DNA from: Callorhinchus milii
Lineage: Eukaryota
DNA length: 64,000 nucleotides
Assembly: GCF_018977255.1 (NCBI RefSeq)
Contig: NW_024704761.1
Coordinates: forward strand, 6,946,001-7,010,000
Direction: 5' to 3'
This document shows, one piece after another, positions 39,165 through 52,539 of the stretch. Every line of letters starts with the position of its first letter. The first letter of the stretch is position 1. A program made the position numbers and the translations under genes. The notes under the pieces were generated by a model. The model was not told the origin of the DNA and searched no databases. It saw only the letters and a program-made list of their open reading frames with translations.

Positions 39165-39308
39165 TTTGGGACACTGCTGTGTGCAATTGGCTGCCACGTT
39201 CGCTCACAAAATATACAGTCAATTCACTTTACAGTATATTCTGTGAAGCGCTTTGAGACGCTTTGAAGACGTGATAAGATGCTATATCAAATGCAAGGAT
39301 TATTATAA
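39165..39308 (+). mobile_element. SINE, 5'-truncated
   Basis: gggacactgctgtgtgcaattggctgccacgttcg...gaagacgtgataagatgctatatcaaatgcaaggattatt. Confidence 0.9.
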
Positions 39309-40139
39309 TGCAGAGCGAGTTAGCACTGCCTACATTTGATCGCAGTGATGTTCGCTCGATATCTTTCTCAACCTGGGCTCCATCAAGAGCAAAAATAAAG
39401 AACAGTTCTTTTTCTGTGTGATAACTGCATTCGGTTTGCTTTCAAAGCAGCAATTTGGATCACGTTGAGAACATGGTTATTGTGGAATTTGCAGGGGCCT
39501 CAATGGTCAGATGGCCTCAATGCTATATTGGACACACATGATTTGGTCGCACGGATTTGGCCCCGTGTCTGCTTTTTTCCCTCATTTCTTTCCTCATTTT
39601 TTTACTTTGCAAGATTCTTTCACAATATATAACGTCTTTAAAGTATGAAATGATTCCAGTTTTTTGTAAATAACCCAGCCTCCAATTCAAGGGTAGAACC
39701 TACTCAATCATCCACTTTAGCTGTTACTGTAACTTAGGCAAACAATTGTTACATCTGTTGTAAGTTAATTTGGGTGATTTTTTTATTCCCTCTCTGACTT
39801 TTAAACTGATGTCCTGTTAGCTGTTAGCTATGGATGAACATGAGATGAAATTAATTCCTCTCGTACCACTTTGGGGTGGGGGGTGGGTGTGGAGAGGGGT
39901 GAGAGAGGAATCAAGTGGTGCAAATCTGAATAGAAAAATTGTTCAAAGTGTTATTTCAAAAGCAAGTCAGTTTGGGGATCTTCAATGTGTTACGAATCAG
40001 TTGAAAACCTGCTGTACATCTCAGTAGAATGGGAATGAATGAATGAATGAGAGCATTTAATTGTCAATTAACCTGCATGGATCAGCTTCATTACATTAGC
40101 GAGTGATCAAATGCACTGGAAAGAATCAGATGCCAAAAA

Positions 40140-40345
40140 CCCATCTGCCTGTTCAGGTGGATGTTAAAGATCCCAGGGCACTGTTCGAAAACAGGAGGGA
40201 GTTTCCCCCGAAGTCCTGCCAACAATCATCCGGAATAAATTAGTTATTCACTTCATGCCTATGAGCAAATCGGTTAACAGAAACTTCCTGTGGGGCACTG
40301 GGAGACGTTTTAACCTGATAGCCTATATCAAATGCTTATAATTAT
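40140..40345 (+). mobile_element. Older Deu-domain SINE fragment
   Basis: ctgcctgttcaggtggatgttaaagatcccagggcactgttcgaa. Confidence 0.7.
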
Positions 40346-40574
40346 TATGCTCTAGCCACATGGCCACTTCTAAACAGAGAATGAATCTAGAGGCACGATA
40401 AACAAATACTTTAGAACCAGATTTCACAGAGAGAGAAAAAAAAGGGAAAAGAATGCCAAGCCAAACACCCTTGTCTACCCAGTTACTCCAACAAGTCACC
40501 AACCTGTGGAAGTAGAGGTAGGAGATTGCTGAAGTGGCAGTTTTATGCTAGAAGAGGGAAATTTTCCATGTCAG

Positions 40575-40725
40575 ATAATGATAATAATAATCCTTGCATT
40601 TGATATAGCGCCTTACTAGTCGTTGAGATATTTCAAAGCGCTTCACAGAAATATATTGTACGGTTGATTGATTGTATATTTTGTAGGCGAAACTTGGCAA
40701 ACAATTGCACACAGCATTTCCCAAA
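40575..40725 (-). mobile_element. SINE 3' fragment
   Basis: taatccttgcatttgatatagcgccttac...caattgcacacagcatttccc. Confidence 0.85.
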
Positions 40726-41644
40726 TGTTTGAATTGGTCCAAAATTCCAGCTATTTCTGTTCCAGTCCAAATTTGAACCAGGCTTGGGCATTGAGTCTTA
40801 TTGCCGAGTGCTTTCCAGGCCATCAGAGGAGAGTCACTGTGTGATTTATTCTTTGCGATAGCCTCCTTTACTGTTGGCCTGTAGTGTGTGTGAGCCAGAG
40901 GCGGCGGAGCAGAGCGGTGGGGTAGCGAGAAGTTATTCTCAACAGCCAAATCAGATGGTAAACGGGTAAGACAAGGACCTACTGAGTGCTGACGCCGAGC
41001 ACTTTCCCAACTAGAAAAGTCAGAGGGACACTGCCGGTGAACTATATTTCGCACACTGACCCCTAGCTCGTTAGATGAGTAGCGAGAGCAGACAGCGACT
41101 GGTAAAAGGCCTGAATCAGCACTTGTTTGTCACCTACAGTAGATATATCACAAATATATTATCCTGCCATGCGTCACATTATGGTATTGTTTACGCCTGA
41201 GCGTGCTGCAGGCCAGATTCTCTGCAGCAACTTGACAGCATTCTAGCAGAGGGTTAGGCAGGAAAAATTATGTGCAGTTCAATAACAAAATTGTAGACGA
41301 AACTCATCTTTAAGCACAACAACAACAGCTGTAGCTCAGAGTTCTCAACATAAATCACAGTCACCAATACGGTGGGGGTGAGTGGGGGGAATCAAAGTCT
41401 TTGCATCGTGCTGATATCGCTGGAAGGGCAAATTGTTTTTCCCATTTTAAGTGCTCAATGCACAATCTATCACGCCGATTTATATGGAAACGGGTTGATT
41501 AACCCTTACGGCCATTAACTCGTAAATAATCTTGAAGCAGAGCATAAAATCTTAAAACAGCGTCAAAAATTGCATCTTAAAGATATTTTTCCCTTTGCAA
41601 CTCAGTCACAGCTCCCTGTATCTCTGTTGACGCTCCTCAGTCAA

Positions 41645-41758
41645 CAATAATAATAATAATCCTTCTATGTGATACAGCGCTTTATCACGTCTTCGAGACG
41701 TCTCAAAGCGCTTCACAGAATATACTGTAAAGTAAATTGACTGGATCTCTTGTGGGCG
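41645..41758 (-). mobile_element. SINE 3' fragment (B tail)
   Basis: ttatcacgtcttcgagacgtctcaaagcgcttcacagaatatactgtaaag. Confidence 0.9.
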
Positions 41759-42919
41759 CAAGGAGGGGTGCTTTCGTGTTGTAGGAACAGCAGTCCAAGT
41801 CAGCATCTTAATTCCTCCCCCTTTTCCCGGCCCACCTCCCCTAACGTATCCAGCTGGTGAGACTCGCCTCCAAGGAGAAACTTTAGCGTGAATCTCAGTC
41901 CCTTGCATATAAATGGAAGTTGTTGTTTGTTGTTGTGGTCGAGTAGGAACGCATTTCAGGGCTCCCGCACATGGGAGGCAGATATCTTGTCACTGAGCTG
42001 CGTTGCTTGTCACTATTTCTTAAAAAACATAAATAAATATGTGCTCCGTGTACATTTGAAACAGCTTGGGAATTTTGCCCGGTTATTACCCATTCAACCA
42101 TTTCAAAACAACTAGACCTTTGGTTTCATCATATTGTGTGCGTCTCTGTAGCAGGTTTGAGGATAATACCTTGAGAGGTGAATCTGAATTTCCGGGTCGC
42201 CAGTAAATTTACAGACCTTTTGGCAGGGAGAATATCCTATTTGCCAACTCGTCCATAAATTCATAGACATCGACCTCCAAAGTCCATAAATGTGCCCACA
42301 ACTGGAGAGTAACCCTCCCTCCCAGTGACCTTTAGAAGGTCTTTCTTTTTCGCTCAAAATAAAAGAAATGAAAAGTTGCAGAAATATACTACATTTTTCT
42401 TTCATTATTCGGGAATGCCCGTCAAAAATTAAAATTGAAAATTAGGCAAATTTATTTTTTAAAAAAATAGATGCTATTTTATGCACAGATTTATAATCAA
42501 TCCATCGAAGAATTTCTCTAATTTTAACATCAGGCCCAGCCTATTTGACTCGCCCCCTCCTCTCAACGCACTTAACAGGGTTAGCAACACTTCACATTCA
42601 CTTCATTTCTAATTAACTTCGCTCTGTGAGGCGCTTCAGGGCTCTTCTTTTTGACGTGAAGGGTTATGTGATTGCAAGTTGTTATAGCCCTTTAGTGTCT
42701 GCAACTGGGAGAGAACCGAGTCTTCTAAACACTTTTAATTTTACATTCCTTACGGGGCACCTCCACCCTCTCCTCCAGCTCCAGTCTATTTCTGTGGCGA
42801 GCTTGTGGCCACGTGTCTATTACGGTGGTTCCTTCTGTCGGCCTTCGCCTCCAAACACATAGTCACTACACTCTTGGCAGCAGAAATCCGACAATCCTCA
42901 CCTTTGGTATCGTGGCTAT

Positions 42920-43215
42920 CTTATCAGGTCATCCCAAAGGGCTTCACAGAATTTACTGTGAAATGGAGTGACTCTGAAGTGGAGTAGTTGTTTGTAGGCG
43001 AACGCAGCAGCCCAATTGCACGCAGCAATGTCCCAAAAACAGCCAGGATGTGGGTAGCAGTTCCCTGCGAAATTCTTTTGAGTCATTTCGACATTATATA
43101 ATAATAATAGTAATAATAATAATAATCCTTGCTTTTGATATAGCCCCTTATTACGTCGTTGAGACGTCTCAAAGCGCTTCACAAATATAGTGTACAGTGG
43201 ATTGACTACATATTT
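42920..43215 (-). mobile_element. Two adjacent SINE fragments (~42920-43040, ~43100-43215)
   Basis: ggcgaacgcagcagcccaattgcacgcagcaatgtccc, and (taa)n ccttgcttttgatatag...gagacgtctcaaagcgcttcac. Confidence 0.8.
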
Positions 43216-43949
43216 ATGGGCCGAATTACTGCTGAATCCTGTAATATGGTTACAGTGTTTAGGATATATGTTTAGGATGTCAGATTGGATCCCGAATCAG
43301 CCAAAGTCTGATCTCCAAAGCACAGTTCATACAGTGATCATTCCTGCATCCACTTCCCTTGTTATATCGGAAAACAACACTATCTATCCAAAGCATCTGT
43401 TTTCCCTTAAGTCTAAGGAGGATGCCTAACCAAGGCATTTATTCTTCTAGTAGTTCGGGGAGCCTGCCCATGCCAAACATCTTGTGTGAGGAAATGCCTG
43501 TTCTTTTTTTCACTTTAAGTTAAGAGAACAGAACCTGTAACAGAGAGCATTTTTGAACTTCTGGTTCAGACCTGGCGGGTCTGAGGTTGGACAGAATTTT
43601 GCGTCCAAATCTGGATCCGATCTCCAACTCAAAACAGATGGACATCCTCTAAAATTAAGTGCAGTATTTGTTTGTGTATCTGATGGGAATCTCTCCTCTG
43701 GGTAGCAATGTGAACACTGATCTTCCGATAGGAGTGAACGGCAACTCCTTTTGTTTTTGATGGACGCTATCAGCTCTGCCATCTTTGATAATGGGGTGTA
43801 AAGTGGCATTTCAGCACCAGCACCACCTGAATATTGTTTCGATAGAAATCAGTGATTTCTAATGACCCAGTATCCAGCTGCTGCTTTGACTGTTATCAAA
43901 CCTCCTTCAGTGATAGAGAGGCACCATCGTGGCAGGAACGATCTACATA

Positions 43950-44280
43950 ATCATATTTGCTGTAGCGCCTAAAATGTTAAAATGAAACTCTTAGCAAGGA
44001 ATTAATGTCAAGTGAAGTGACTGTGTATCTTGTTGGCAAACATGGCAGCCGATTTGCGCACAGTAATGAATGATTCACCATGCAAGTGAATAGTGCCATG
44101 GGACTCTTTAACATCTGCCTGAACAGGCAGACAGGACCTTGACTTAGTATCTCGGGTGCAGATCCGCATCTCCGACAATGCATTGCTCCCCCAGCACAGC
44201 ATTTGCAGTGTCAGCCTGGACTAAGAGCCCTGACATGGGTCTTTGAACCCCCAGGTTTCTCTAGTCAGGCTGACACCTAC
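43950..44280 (-). mobile_element. Older Deu-domain SINE
   Basis: ggcagccgatttgcgcacag, gtgccatgggactctttaacatctgcctgaacaggcagacagg and gcagtgtcagcctgga. Confidence 0.8.
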
Positions 44281-45611
44281 ATGGAGTTTAAACAAAGGGA
44301 AACAGTGACAAACAAAATGCATTAGAAGTTACTTGACGATTCTGGAACGTGCTGAAATTCCTAAATCCTTCTCAGAATTTTTTTCTGCTTCAATAAGGAT
44401 GTCATTAAGAGCCCTTTATGTCCATATAATCAATCAGAACAACATACAGAGTCTGTCACATGTTCAGAGGCCTTGTTATAATGCCATTTCCTCTGTTTTA
44501 ATGCTATTATTTATGGGTGAATAAATTGAACTTGCAAAGCGCTTTTCACGTGTTTGATTAGCTGATTGACCCGCTTCATTCCCCCAGTGTCTGGGCTGGG
44601 CTGGAACTGAGCTCACAGTGGGCTGGTAATGTAATACCATGGTTAATGTATTTTGGATGTTGTGTGTCAGGCCTGAAATCAGTTGAAATCCAACCTCTGA
44701 AATACAGTACACACACAGGCTGACTTATGGACTCTAGGTCAGTATAAAGCTAGGCTCACTTGCTCCTTTATAATCCTTTGACGCCTGGTATCTTTCCTCT
44801 GTATGGTGCACTGTCAACAACAACAACTTGCATTTATATAGCATGACTCACGCTGAGTTGGGTGCCAGCGCTTGACAGTGGCGGAGCATGACACCACCCT
44901 TCATTCCATCGTGGGGTCAGTTGTTGAGTCCCTTCAAAAATTAAAAAGAAATGTTTGTCTGGGCCTGGGTGAAACCAGCTTTGCTATTCCCTCAGCCTTT
45001 GTAGATTCAATGTGAACTATGACAATGGGCATTGGTTTAACAATGATTTAAATGAATGGGAGTAAATCTGAGTTTGGGCCTCAGGTATAAGGATTTAACA
45101 CTTTCTTTAGTTTTGTTTTGTTAAACTGTAGTTGAGATAAAACGGCTTTGATATATTGGAAAACCAGTGTGCGTGGGTGTGTGTGTCGAAGATATATGGG
45201 CCAAACAATCCTTTCTGTTGAGCAAAGATGTAGACTTTCTGTGAGAGTTGGCCATCTCCCATTCTGTTCATGATGGAGTGCGTGTCAGAGGTGCTAACTT
45301 GTCATGGTCAGTCTATTCCCATAGAAAACATATTGGTACCAGGATGGAAAACTCAAAGGCAGAAAAGTCGATTTTTCAACCAATACCATTCAGATCGGAT
45401 CTCTCATTGTCATCTGTTTAAGAACAGCTGAAAACTGATCTAATCATATGGTTGAAGATGACTGCATTCTGACTGCAGTACATAGCATTGAACCAGCATT
45501 GCTGCTACAATATACTGGTTCACACATTACAGGCAAGATCTGAAAGCTAAAGCAAGCGCTGCAGGAAAAATGGGTATGAGAGAGAGAGAGAAAGAGAGAG
45601 AAATATCGCAA

Positions 45612-46045
45612 GCTTGGCTCAGTTGGTCACATTCCTGCTTTTAGACCAAAAGTTTGGGAGTTGAAGCCCCAGGGATTTGAGATGATAGCCCTGGCTATTG
45701 TTGGAGGTGCCGTCTTTTAAATGAGATACTGATCCAAGATCCTATCTGCTATTCAGGTGGGTTAGAGCCTAATAATAATCCCTCCAAAAACAATAATAAA
45801 TTGGTCATTTTCAATCTACGACTGTTTGTGGGACATTGCTGTGCGCAATTGGCTGCCGCGTTCGCCCACAAAAAGTCAATTCACTTTACAGTGTGTTCTG
45901 TGAAGCGCTTTGGGATGTCCTCCCGACGTGAAAAGCGCTATATCAAATGCAAGGATTATTATTATTATTATTATTATTATTAGAAAGGTCCCAATCATGC
46001 TGTTCAAAAAGAGAAGAGTGTTTGTCCCATTGTCCTAATCAACAC
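45612..46045 (+). mobile_element. Older tRNA-headed Deu SINE split by a young SINE
   Basis: Head ttggctcagttggtcac...gttgaagcccc and Deu ggaggtgccgtcttttaaatgag...ttcaggtgg. Resumes at ~45984 (aaaggtcccaatcatgctgttcaaaaagagaagagtg). Confidence 0.65.
45769..45983 (+). mobile_element. Young SINE (short, A tail), 5'-truncated
   Basis: cctaataataatccctcc...gggatgtcctcccgacgtgaaaagcgctatatcaaatgcaagg(att)n. Confidence 0.9.
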
Positions 46046-46074
46046 AACAACTACTACTACAGTAGCTTGCATTT

Positions 46075-46190
46075 ATAATAATAATAATTCTTGCATTTGA
46101 TATAGCGCCTTATCATGTCATTGAGACGTCTCTAAACGCTTCACGGAATAATCTGTAAAGTGAATTGACTGTATATTTTGTGAGCAAATG
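46075..46190 (-). mobile_element. SINE 3' fragment, tail-to-tail with 45769-45983
   Basis: ttgcatttgatatagcgccttatcatgtcattgagacgtc. Confidence 0.85.
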
Positions 46191-47094
46191 CCGAGCAAGG
46201 AAAATGGGGGAGGGAAGGGGTGGGGGGCGAGAAGGGGCCAGCAATCCTTCAGATACATTGATCGTTCATTTCATGGTTGTTAGTTGGACCTTTCTAGGCA
46301 CAAGCCCCCTACTCCGTTTGCCACTTGCTATCAATTACCCGTGAACCACTTTGAGACGTTTCGCTGCTAGATCCGAAACACAAAGGATATTTTTTCCCTT
46401 CTGTTTCGTGGGATGTGGGGGCTGAGCCGAGAGAGACGCACTTATTTTCTCCTTCATTTGCAAGTCACCCTGGCATTCAGTTATTTTCTGAGGCCTGTGT
46501 GGAGAGAGGTTCCAGTTCACTGATGTCACCCTACCCACAACAGCCCAGACACGACAGACATCTGTGGAAAGCCTGCACCACATGTAAAACGGTGTCTTCA
46601 AATCAAAAACAGCTTCAGGGGCAAAAAAGGTCAGAGCTCCAGCTGTGGGGCAGAGGTGTTAAGTCCCTTTAAAGCATGTGATTTAACACTTTTTTTCACG
46701 AGTTTGTTTTTGCACGTATTTTTGTGGTGCTTTTATTCATTATTTTAAACTTGTTTTCCCCCCTTTCTTCTCAGTCAAAAGAACGGGCAGGTAATTTGCT
46801 CCCCGGTCTCTGCCAATACTGCTCTGTAATCAGTCACCAGTAGGAGTGGCGATAAAGCAGCCCGGAGTGTTTTTTTTTCTCTCTCTCTCTCCCCTGCATC
46901 TCACCTTCATCCATCATCTGCCCCCATCGGACTGCCTGGAACTGGGCAATCAAAAGGCCCGAAGCCACATCCGACCAGTCTCTAACACGGCGTGTTAGTG
47001 CACCAGCCCACTGCGGCATATATAGATCCTGCCTTTCATTAGTCTGGTGACGGTTCGTTAAAAACAAAATACCATTACGTTCAGTTAATAAATA

Positions 47095-47712
47095 ATATAA
47101 CATAAATAAATAATCCTTGCATTTGATATAGCGCCTTATCACGTCGTTGAGACATCTCAAAGAGCTTCACGGAATACACTGTAAGGTGAATTGACTGTAA
47201 GATGAAACGCCCACACATACTCCAGTAGTGAGCAAAAGGAGTGATGGGGAGAGAAATGTAAAGATATGAGGTGAGAAACGTTTTGTGACAGATATGTCTG
47301 CTATGAAATGTCCCATTTAATAATGATAATAATAATAATAATCCTGGTACAGCACCTGAAACGTCAAAACATCTCTAAGCGCTTCACAGGTAATTGGTGC
47401 AAAGTGGGCATTTTGTAGGCAAATGAAGCAGCCAATTTCGTGGCAACAAACTCCCTGCTATTAGCCGTGATGTTGAATGATCAATTTTATCTGGAGGAAT
47501 GTTGGCTGGGAGACTGGGAGAAAATCTCATTATACTGCATTCCAATTTAGTTTACACAACTAGAAGTGAAGCCAAGTTTAAGTTCGCCTGCAGATATACA
47601 TCATGATAATCCTTTTATTTGATATAGCGCCTTATCGCGCCTTCGAGATGTCTCAAAGCGCTTCACAGAATATTATGGTAAAGTGAATTGACTATATTTT
47701 GTGGGCGAAACA
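47095..47712 (-). mobile_element. Cluster of three SINE fragments (~47095-47200, ~47325-47520, ~47605-47712)
   Basis: Each carries the reverse tail motif gcgcttcac or a close variant, and/or Deu remnants. Confidence 0.8.
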
Positions 47713-48614
47713 TTGACTTTACAGCAATTATCTTTGAGGTGATATAGGTGCTATATCAAATTCAGGGCTTATGATTAGTTTTCAACCCACTGAGTGCAAC
47801 TCAGAGCAATTAGAAGGTTTGATGGGGTTTACATTCATCCCCCACTCGCTGGTTAAGCATTGTTTGAGACACTCAGCGGAGCACTCAAGATCTGCAATAG
47901 ATAGTTTACAAATAATTGTGCAAGGCACTTTTTAATCAATAATTCATGTATTTATAATGTAGTTGCTTTGAAAGCTGTGCTTTCTACGCGATAATTAGCT
48001 CCCTATAAGCCTGTAGGCAAGAAATTGACTGCATGCCTTAAGTCTACGCCTGTTTTTCCTCTCTGCACCTAAATGCTTCCTCTCCATATTCTGCAGGAAA
48101 ATGTGCCTTTTGAAGCTCTGCAAACCGTATTCAGATCAGAATGTTCCAAACTTAAAAGCAGTCCCGAGGCTTTTACACTCCCCCTGGCCTGATTCAGCTC
48201 ACACGCTTGGCGGTCTTCCATTACCAGCCAGGACGAGGCACCGTTGTTTTCTCCCCGCCGGATAAAGGCAGAAGATTTACATTGGGCTGTTTACTAAAGT
48301 CTGACGCAATCCAAATCCCATTGTTTCACAGCTGACTTACATCTGACATTCCAGAGGTGGAAGCTCTTACTCTGATCTGCCGACGGGAGTAAATAATGGC
48401 ACATGGCTCACATTAATAGTTCTGCCGCTGATCAGCTGTGAATCCACAAGTGTAAATGTCCAGCTGCAGTGCAAATGGGGCTTTCTTCACTTTCTTTTGC
48501 TTGACATGACCGTACAGTGCCCGTACAGCATAGAAACCTTTTCAGCCTGCCCATGAGCTTTGGTCCTTGTGCCAGCTTCCAATGGTGGAGGAGGATGTCT
48601 ATCACTGATGTCCT

Positions 48615-48742
48615 TTTATTATTACAATAATAATAATAGTACTTGCATTTGATGCAGTGCTTTATCACGTCTTCGAGATGTCTTAAAGCGCTTCACAGAA
48701 TATATTATAAAGTGAATGGGTTGTGTATTTTGTGGGTGAAAC
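48615..48742 (-). mobile_element. SINE 3' fragment
   Basis: ttatcacgtcttcgagatgtcttaaagcgcttcacagaa. Confidence 0.85.
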
Positions 48743-48910
48743 AAGCTTTTGAGTACCTGATCCAGAATAGTTGCTGAAATGGTCTTGCCTCAGACAGCCA
48801 GGGCACCTTACTCTGACACCTGAACCACACAAAGTTTGTGTCATTTACACTGGTCCCTCTGCGGTTAGTGGGCCTGTAACTTTGCTCCGGAAACCTGCGT
48901 ACTCAAGGTA

Positions 48911-49048
48911 TTAATAATGATAATAATAATCCCTGCATTTGATATAGAGCTTTTCACGTCTTCTACACCTCTCAAAGCGTTTCACAGAATAGACTGTAAA
49001 GTGAATTGACTGTATATTTTGGCTGTATGCAAGGATTATTATTATATT
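48911..49048 (-). mobile_element. SINE 3' fragment with an inverted second tail (fold-back)
   Basis: Minus-strand tail at 48920-49020 followed by a plus-strand atgcaaggattattattat at 49027-49045. Confidence 0.8.
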
Positions 49049-51071
49049 AAGGTAATAATCTAGGATCTCATACATGCGTGACTATTCTCCGAACCATACA
49101 ATTCTTCAGAGACTCTGTTTCTCGTCCCTTTAGAAGTAAAGTTCATGAGAATATTGATAGAGTCTGGGAAACAGACTCAGTGGTGATTGAGCCTAGGAAC
49201 TATTTAAGGTCCTGCACATGCTCAGTAGGGTATGTTTGACTGGAAGCGAGGTGGGAGCACTTGGTGCTTGTTATAACCAAGGTAAAAAAAACACTTTATA
49301 ACTTTTCCTTGTGGATAAATGCCTTAGACCAACAGGTCGTTGTTAACAAGAACCCTTCCCTTCCTTAGGAGAAATGGTCTAAACTTTTTGGCCTGTATGG
49401 CAGTATCTTCACTCACTGGTGCAAAGCTCTGAATCTGAGGAACTTAAACATTCTAGCCTAGTCCTAGCAAATTTGAATTTCCAGTCATTTCCTCTGTGGG
49501 CCACTTTTAGAACCACTTGTTTGATGTTCCGCTAAGTATAGAGTAAACGACTGTGTGGTGCTACACTAATGTACTCCTCTCAAGGTTATATGTTTGAGGT
49601 CTAATGTCAGGGGTCAACTGACATCGCTGAATGCTTGAGGCTTGTCATTGTGGTTTGTTACGTCACCTATCCTCGTCGGTTACATTGCAGACATGTTATT
49701 TGGGAGGCGGTTACAGCATTCAACAGTGATTCATTTCTTCATCTCTTTTCAAAAGTGAAATCCAAGCTTCCAATTTACCCTAATTCGAAACAGCTAATAC
49801 CCCGTTCATGCCAACTGGCTTTCTTGAAGCCACTCTAGAAATCTAATCCATTTTTTTCCATCACGCTCCATTCATCCCTGTCGTCATTTGTCCTGCAAAC
49901 CTATCACAGACTCTTGCGAGTGAGCGTGAGAATGTTAGTGTTCAGTTTGATAAAAACAGTACAATTACAAATGCATAAAGAATGCTTCATAACCCTTGCG
50001 CATGGTTTGGGCCCATCAAGACATGGCAAGAAATCAATAATGCCTTGTGTTTGTATGCACTGACAATGCAATAAGTCCACTCTCTGGTTAAATGTGCCTC
50101 CGCCAACATTTACAACCTAGAAAGACAGAGCAAAATCAACACGTTGGCTAGGTTACTGTGAGATAATGATGTTTTAAAAGTTCTTATTGGTAACAGCCCC
50201 AGTACCTGGAGTGAATACCTGCTGAGCAAGAGGGAGAATTAAGCTCTCAGTTTTGGATCCAATTGCAACAATTCCAGAATTTGAATAGTTGAGATATCCC
50301 ATGCCAAGCTCTGTTGGATATTGCCAGGGATCAGACGTCAGACCAGAATACCGACAGTAGATCACACATACACTTGCCCGTAAATCAGCTGAAAATATAT
50401 TTTGCTGGCAGAAGACCGCAGGGATATATTGTCTCCAGAATTTGCCTAGCAAAATTGCCTCTTCCACACCCCCAGGTCAGACATGTACTCCCTTACATTA
50501 AACTGCCACGGATAAAAATAATTCCCAGAATAACAAAATAATAATAATAGAGAGATTGGACCCTCGAGCTTCCAAAAGATTGTCAGAGGCTAAGTATCCC
50601 AGCTCGAAAACTGTCAGGAAAGAGATACATATGTCTGATCTCAAGAACGATTCGAGCTGGAAAGTTTGGGGTAATTATAACGTGCAATGCACAGAGGTAT
50701 CTAGTTTTCCGGAATTTAACTGTTCACCCGACCCCCACAGTGCCCAAATTTGCAATTCAGGTCACAAATGTAGCATTATCATTACCCCACCAGATGAGCC
50801 CTGCTGTTTTCCATTAACCCAACCCTTTTCAGTGTGTTCCACTGTGAGATCATGTTAAGGTCGAAAGCAGATCGGCTTATTCAAACCATATTAAGTTACT
50901 TGCCTCTCACATGGGCCATGTTTTCCATTCCACAGATAAACAGGAGATTTGTTTTTGGGGGGTTTGTAGAATCTGATGCAAATCCAATGATGCTTCCGTA
51001 GAGATGGGGAAACTGTTACGGCCTATTACCTACAAACTGAATTTGTTACACATCCTATTATTCACAGTACA

Positions 51072-51456
51072 GTAATAAATCATCATTGCATCGATGTAGT
51101 GCCTACAACATGAAACTGTTAAAAGTAATTGTTGTGAAGTGTAGCCAAATGCAGCATTTAATTTGCATCCAGCAAGTTCCCACAAACAACCATGAAGTGA
51201 ATGATTAATTTATCTGGAGGATTGTTGACCAGGACACCAGCAGAAATTCCTTTCCCTTTTTGAGTGGCGTCATCGGAACAGGCAGATGGGACCTTGGTTT
51301 AATATCATCTGAAGGATGGCACTTCCAATGACACAGAACTCCCTCAGCACTGCACTGGAGTGCCAGCCCTGACTATGTGAGTTCAAAGACCTGGCTTGGG
51401 GCTTGAACTTCCAACCTTGTAACTCAGGCGTGAAAGTGCTACCAACTGAGCCAGGA
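51072..51456 (-). mobile_element. Full-length older tRNA-headed Deu-domain SINE
   Basis: Minus strand: tggctcagttggtagcac (box A), gttcaagcccc (box B), gcactccagtgcagtgctgagggag, ggaagtgccatccttcagatg, then the tail. Confidence 0.85.
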
Positions 51457-52539
51457 TAACACCCGAACAGCTTTGAGAGCTGCGCAAGTGATATAATTCA
51501 CAAACAAAGCCCAATCTTCTTGGGAAAGAATTCCAGCCACCCTCCAACAACTTAAGCATAGGGAAGGTAAGGCAAGGATTTGCCGGGAGATGCCCTACGT
51601 TAAGTGGCTACCGTGTTGCCATGATTATTCATTCATTCATTCATCATCTGCAGTATTCAGTGTGCCAGGCTTTGCTTTGAACTTTCAATTATTTACAAGG
51701 TGCTCCTGTCTTCTGCCTGCAAAGGGCCAATTAATCACAGCCAGGGTCTGGCTACGGAATTCTAAACCACCTCTGTTGCAAGTCCTGGTAAACAAGCCAG
51801 GATGATACCTGACCAATGAGTCACCCTGACATTCTTACAGTGCAATCAATAAAATATACCAGAGATTACAGACAATGTCGCGCAGTAATCCATGGTATGT
51901 ATTATTGATTGCTGCGTAACCATGTCAGAGCGGCTCATTGATCAGATGTCACGAAAAAGACTGGCATTTTAAACAACGCCGGCATTTCTCCCTCCCCGCC
52001 CATCCACCAGCCATAAAATTAACAAGCTGGTTCGACAAAAGCAACTTCAGTTAGGAAATAAAACAAAGTTCTCGTCAAATAGATCGTGCTTATCAACACT
52101 TCATCATCTCTACCCCCAAGCCTGTGTTTCCTTACAGTGGGATTACAGCTGCAGCCCAATGAGAGATTCAATCCTCACTCGTTTTTGTTAAAGTTATTTA
52201 ACAAGTTCACAGCGTGACCTATAGTGAGTCACACGAGCGCTTGTCAAGCTTATAATTGTACATCACAATATCAGTTATTGTTGCTGGCACGACGGCATTG
52301 CAGATAGGGCTTGTGTGTCCAGCCCAATGCTTCGCATATAGACAATGATGTTGTGTAGTTCACAACTCTCTATCTATTGCCAGTAGATGTATGTTAGTGC
52401 TGGATGGGAGACAAGTTTAAAGGATAAATGCTGCAATTTTTCATTTTTATATTGCTGGTGCTTTAGTGTTATGTTTGTGCACTAAGGATAGCCAGCCTCC
52501 AAATCCTGTATAATAATGATAAACAGCAGCATTCCCTAC

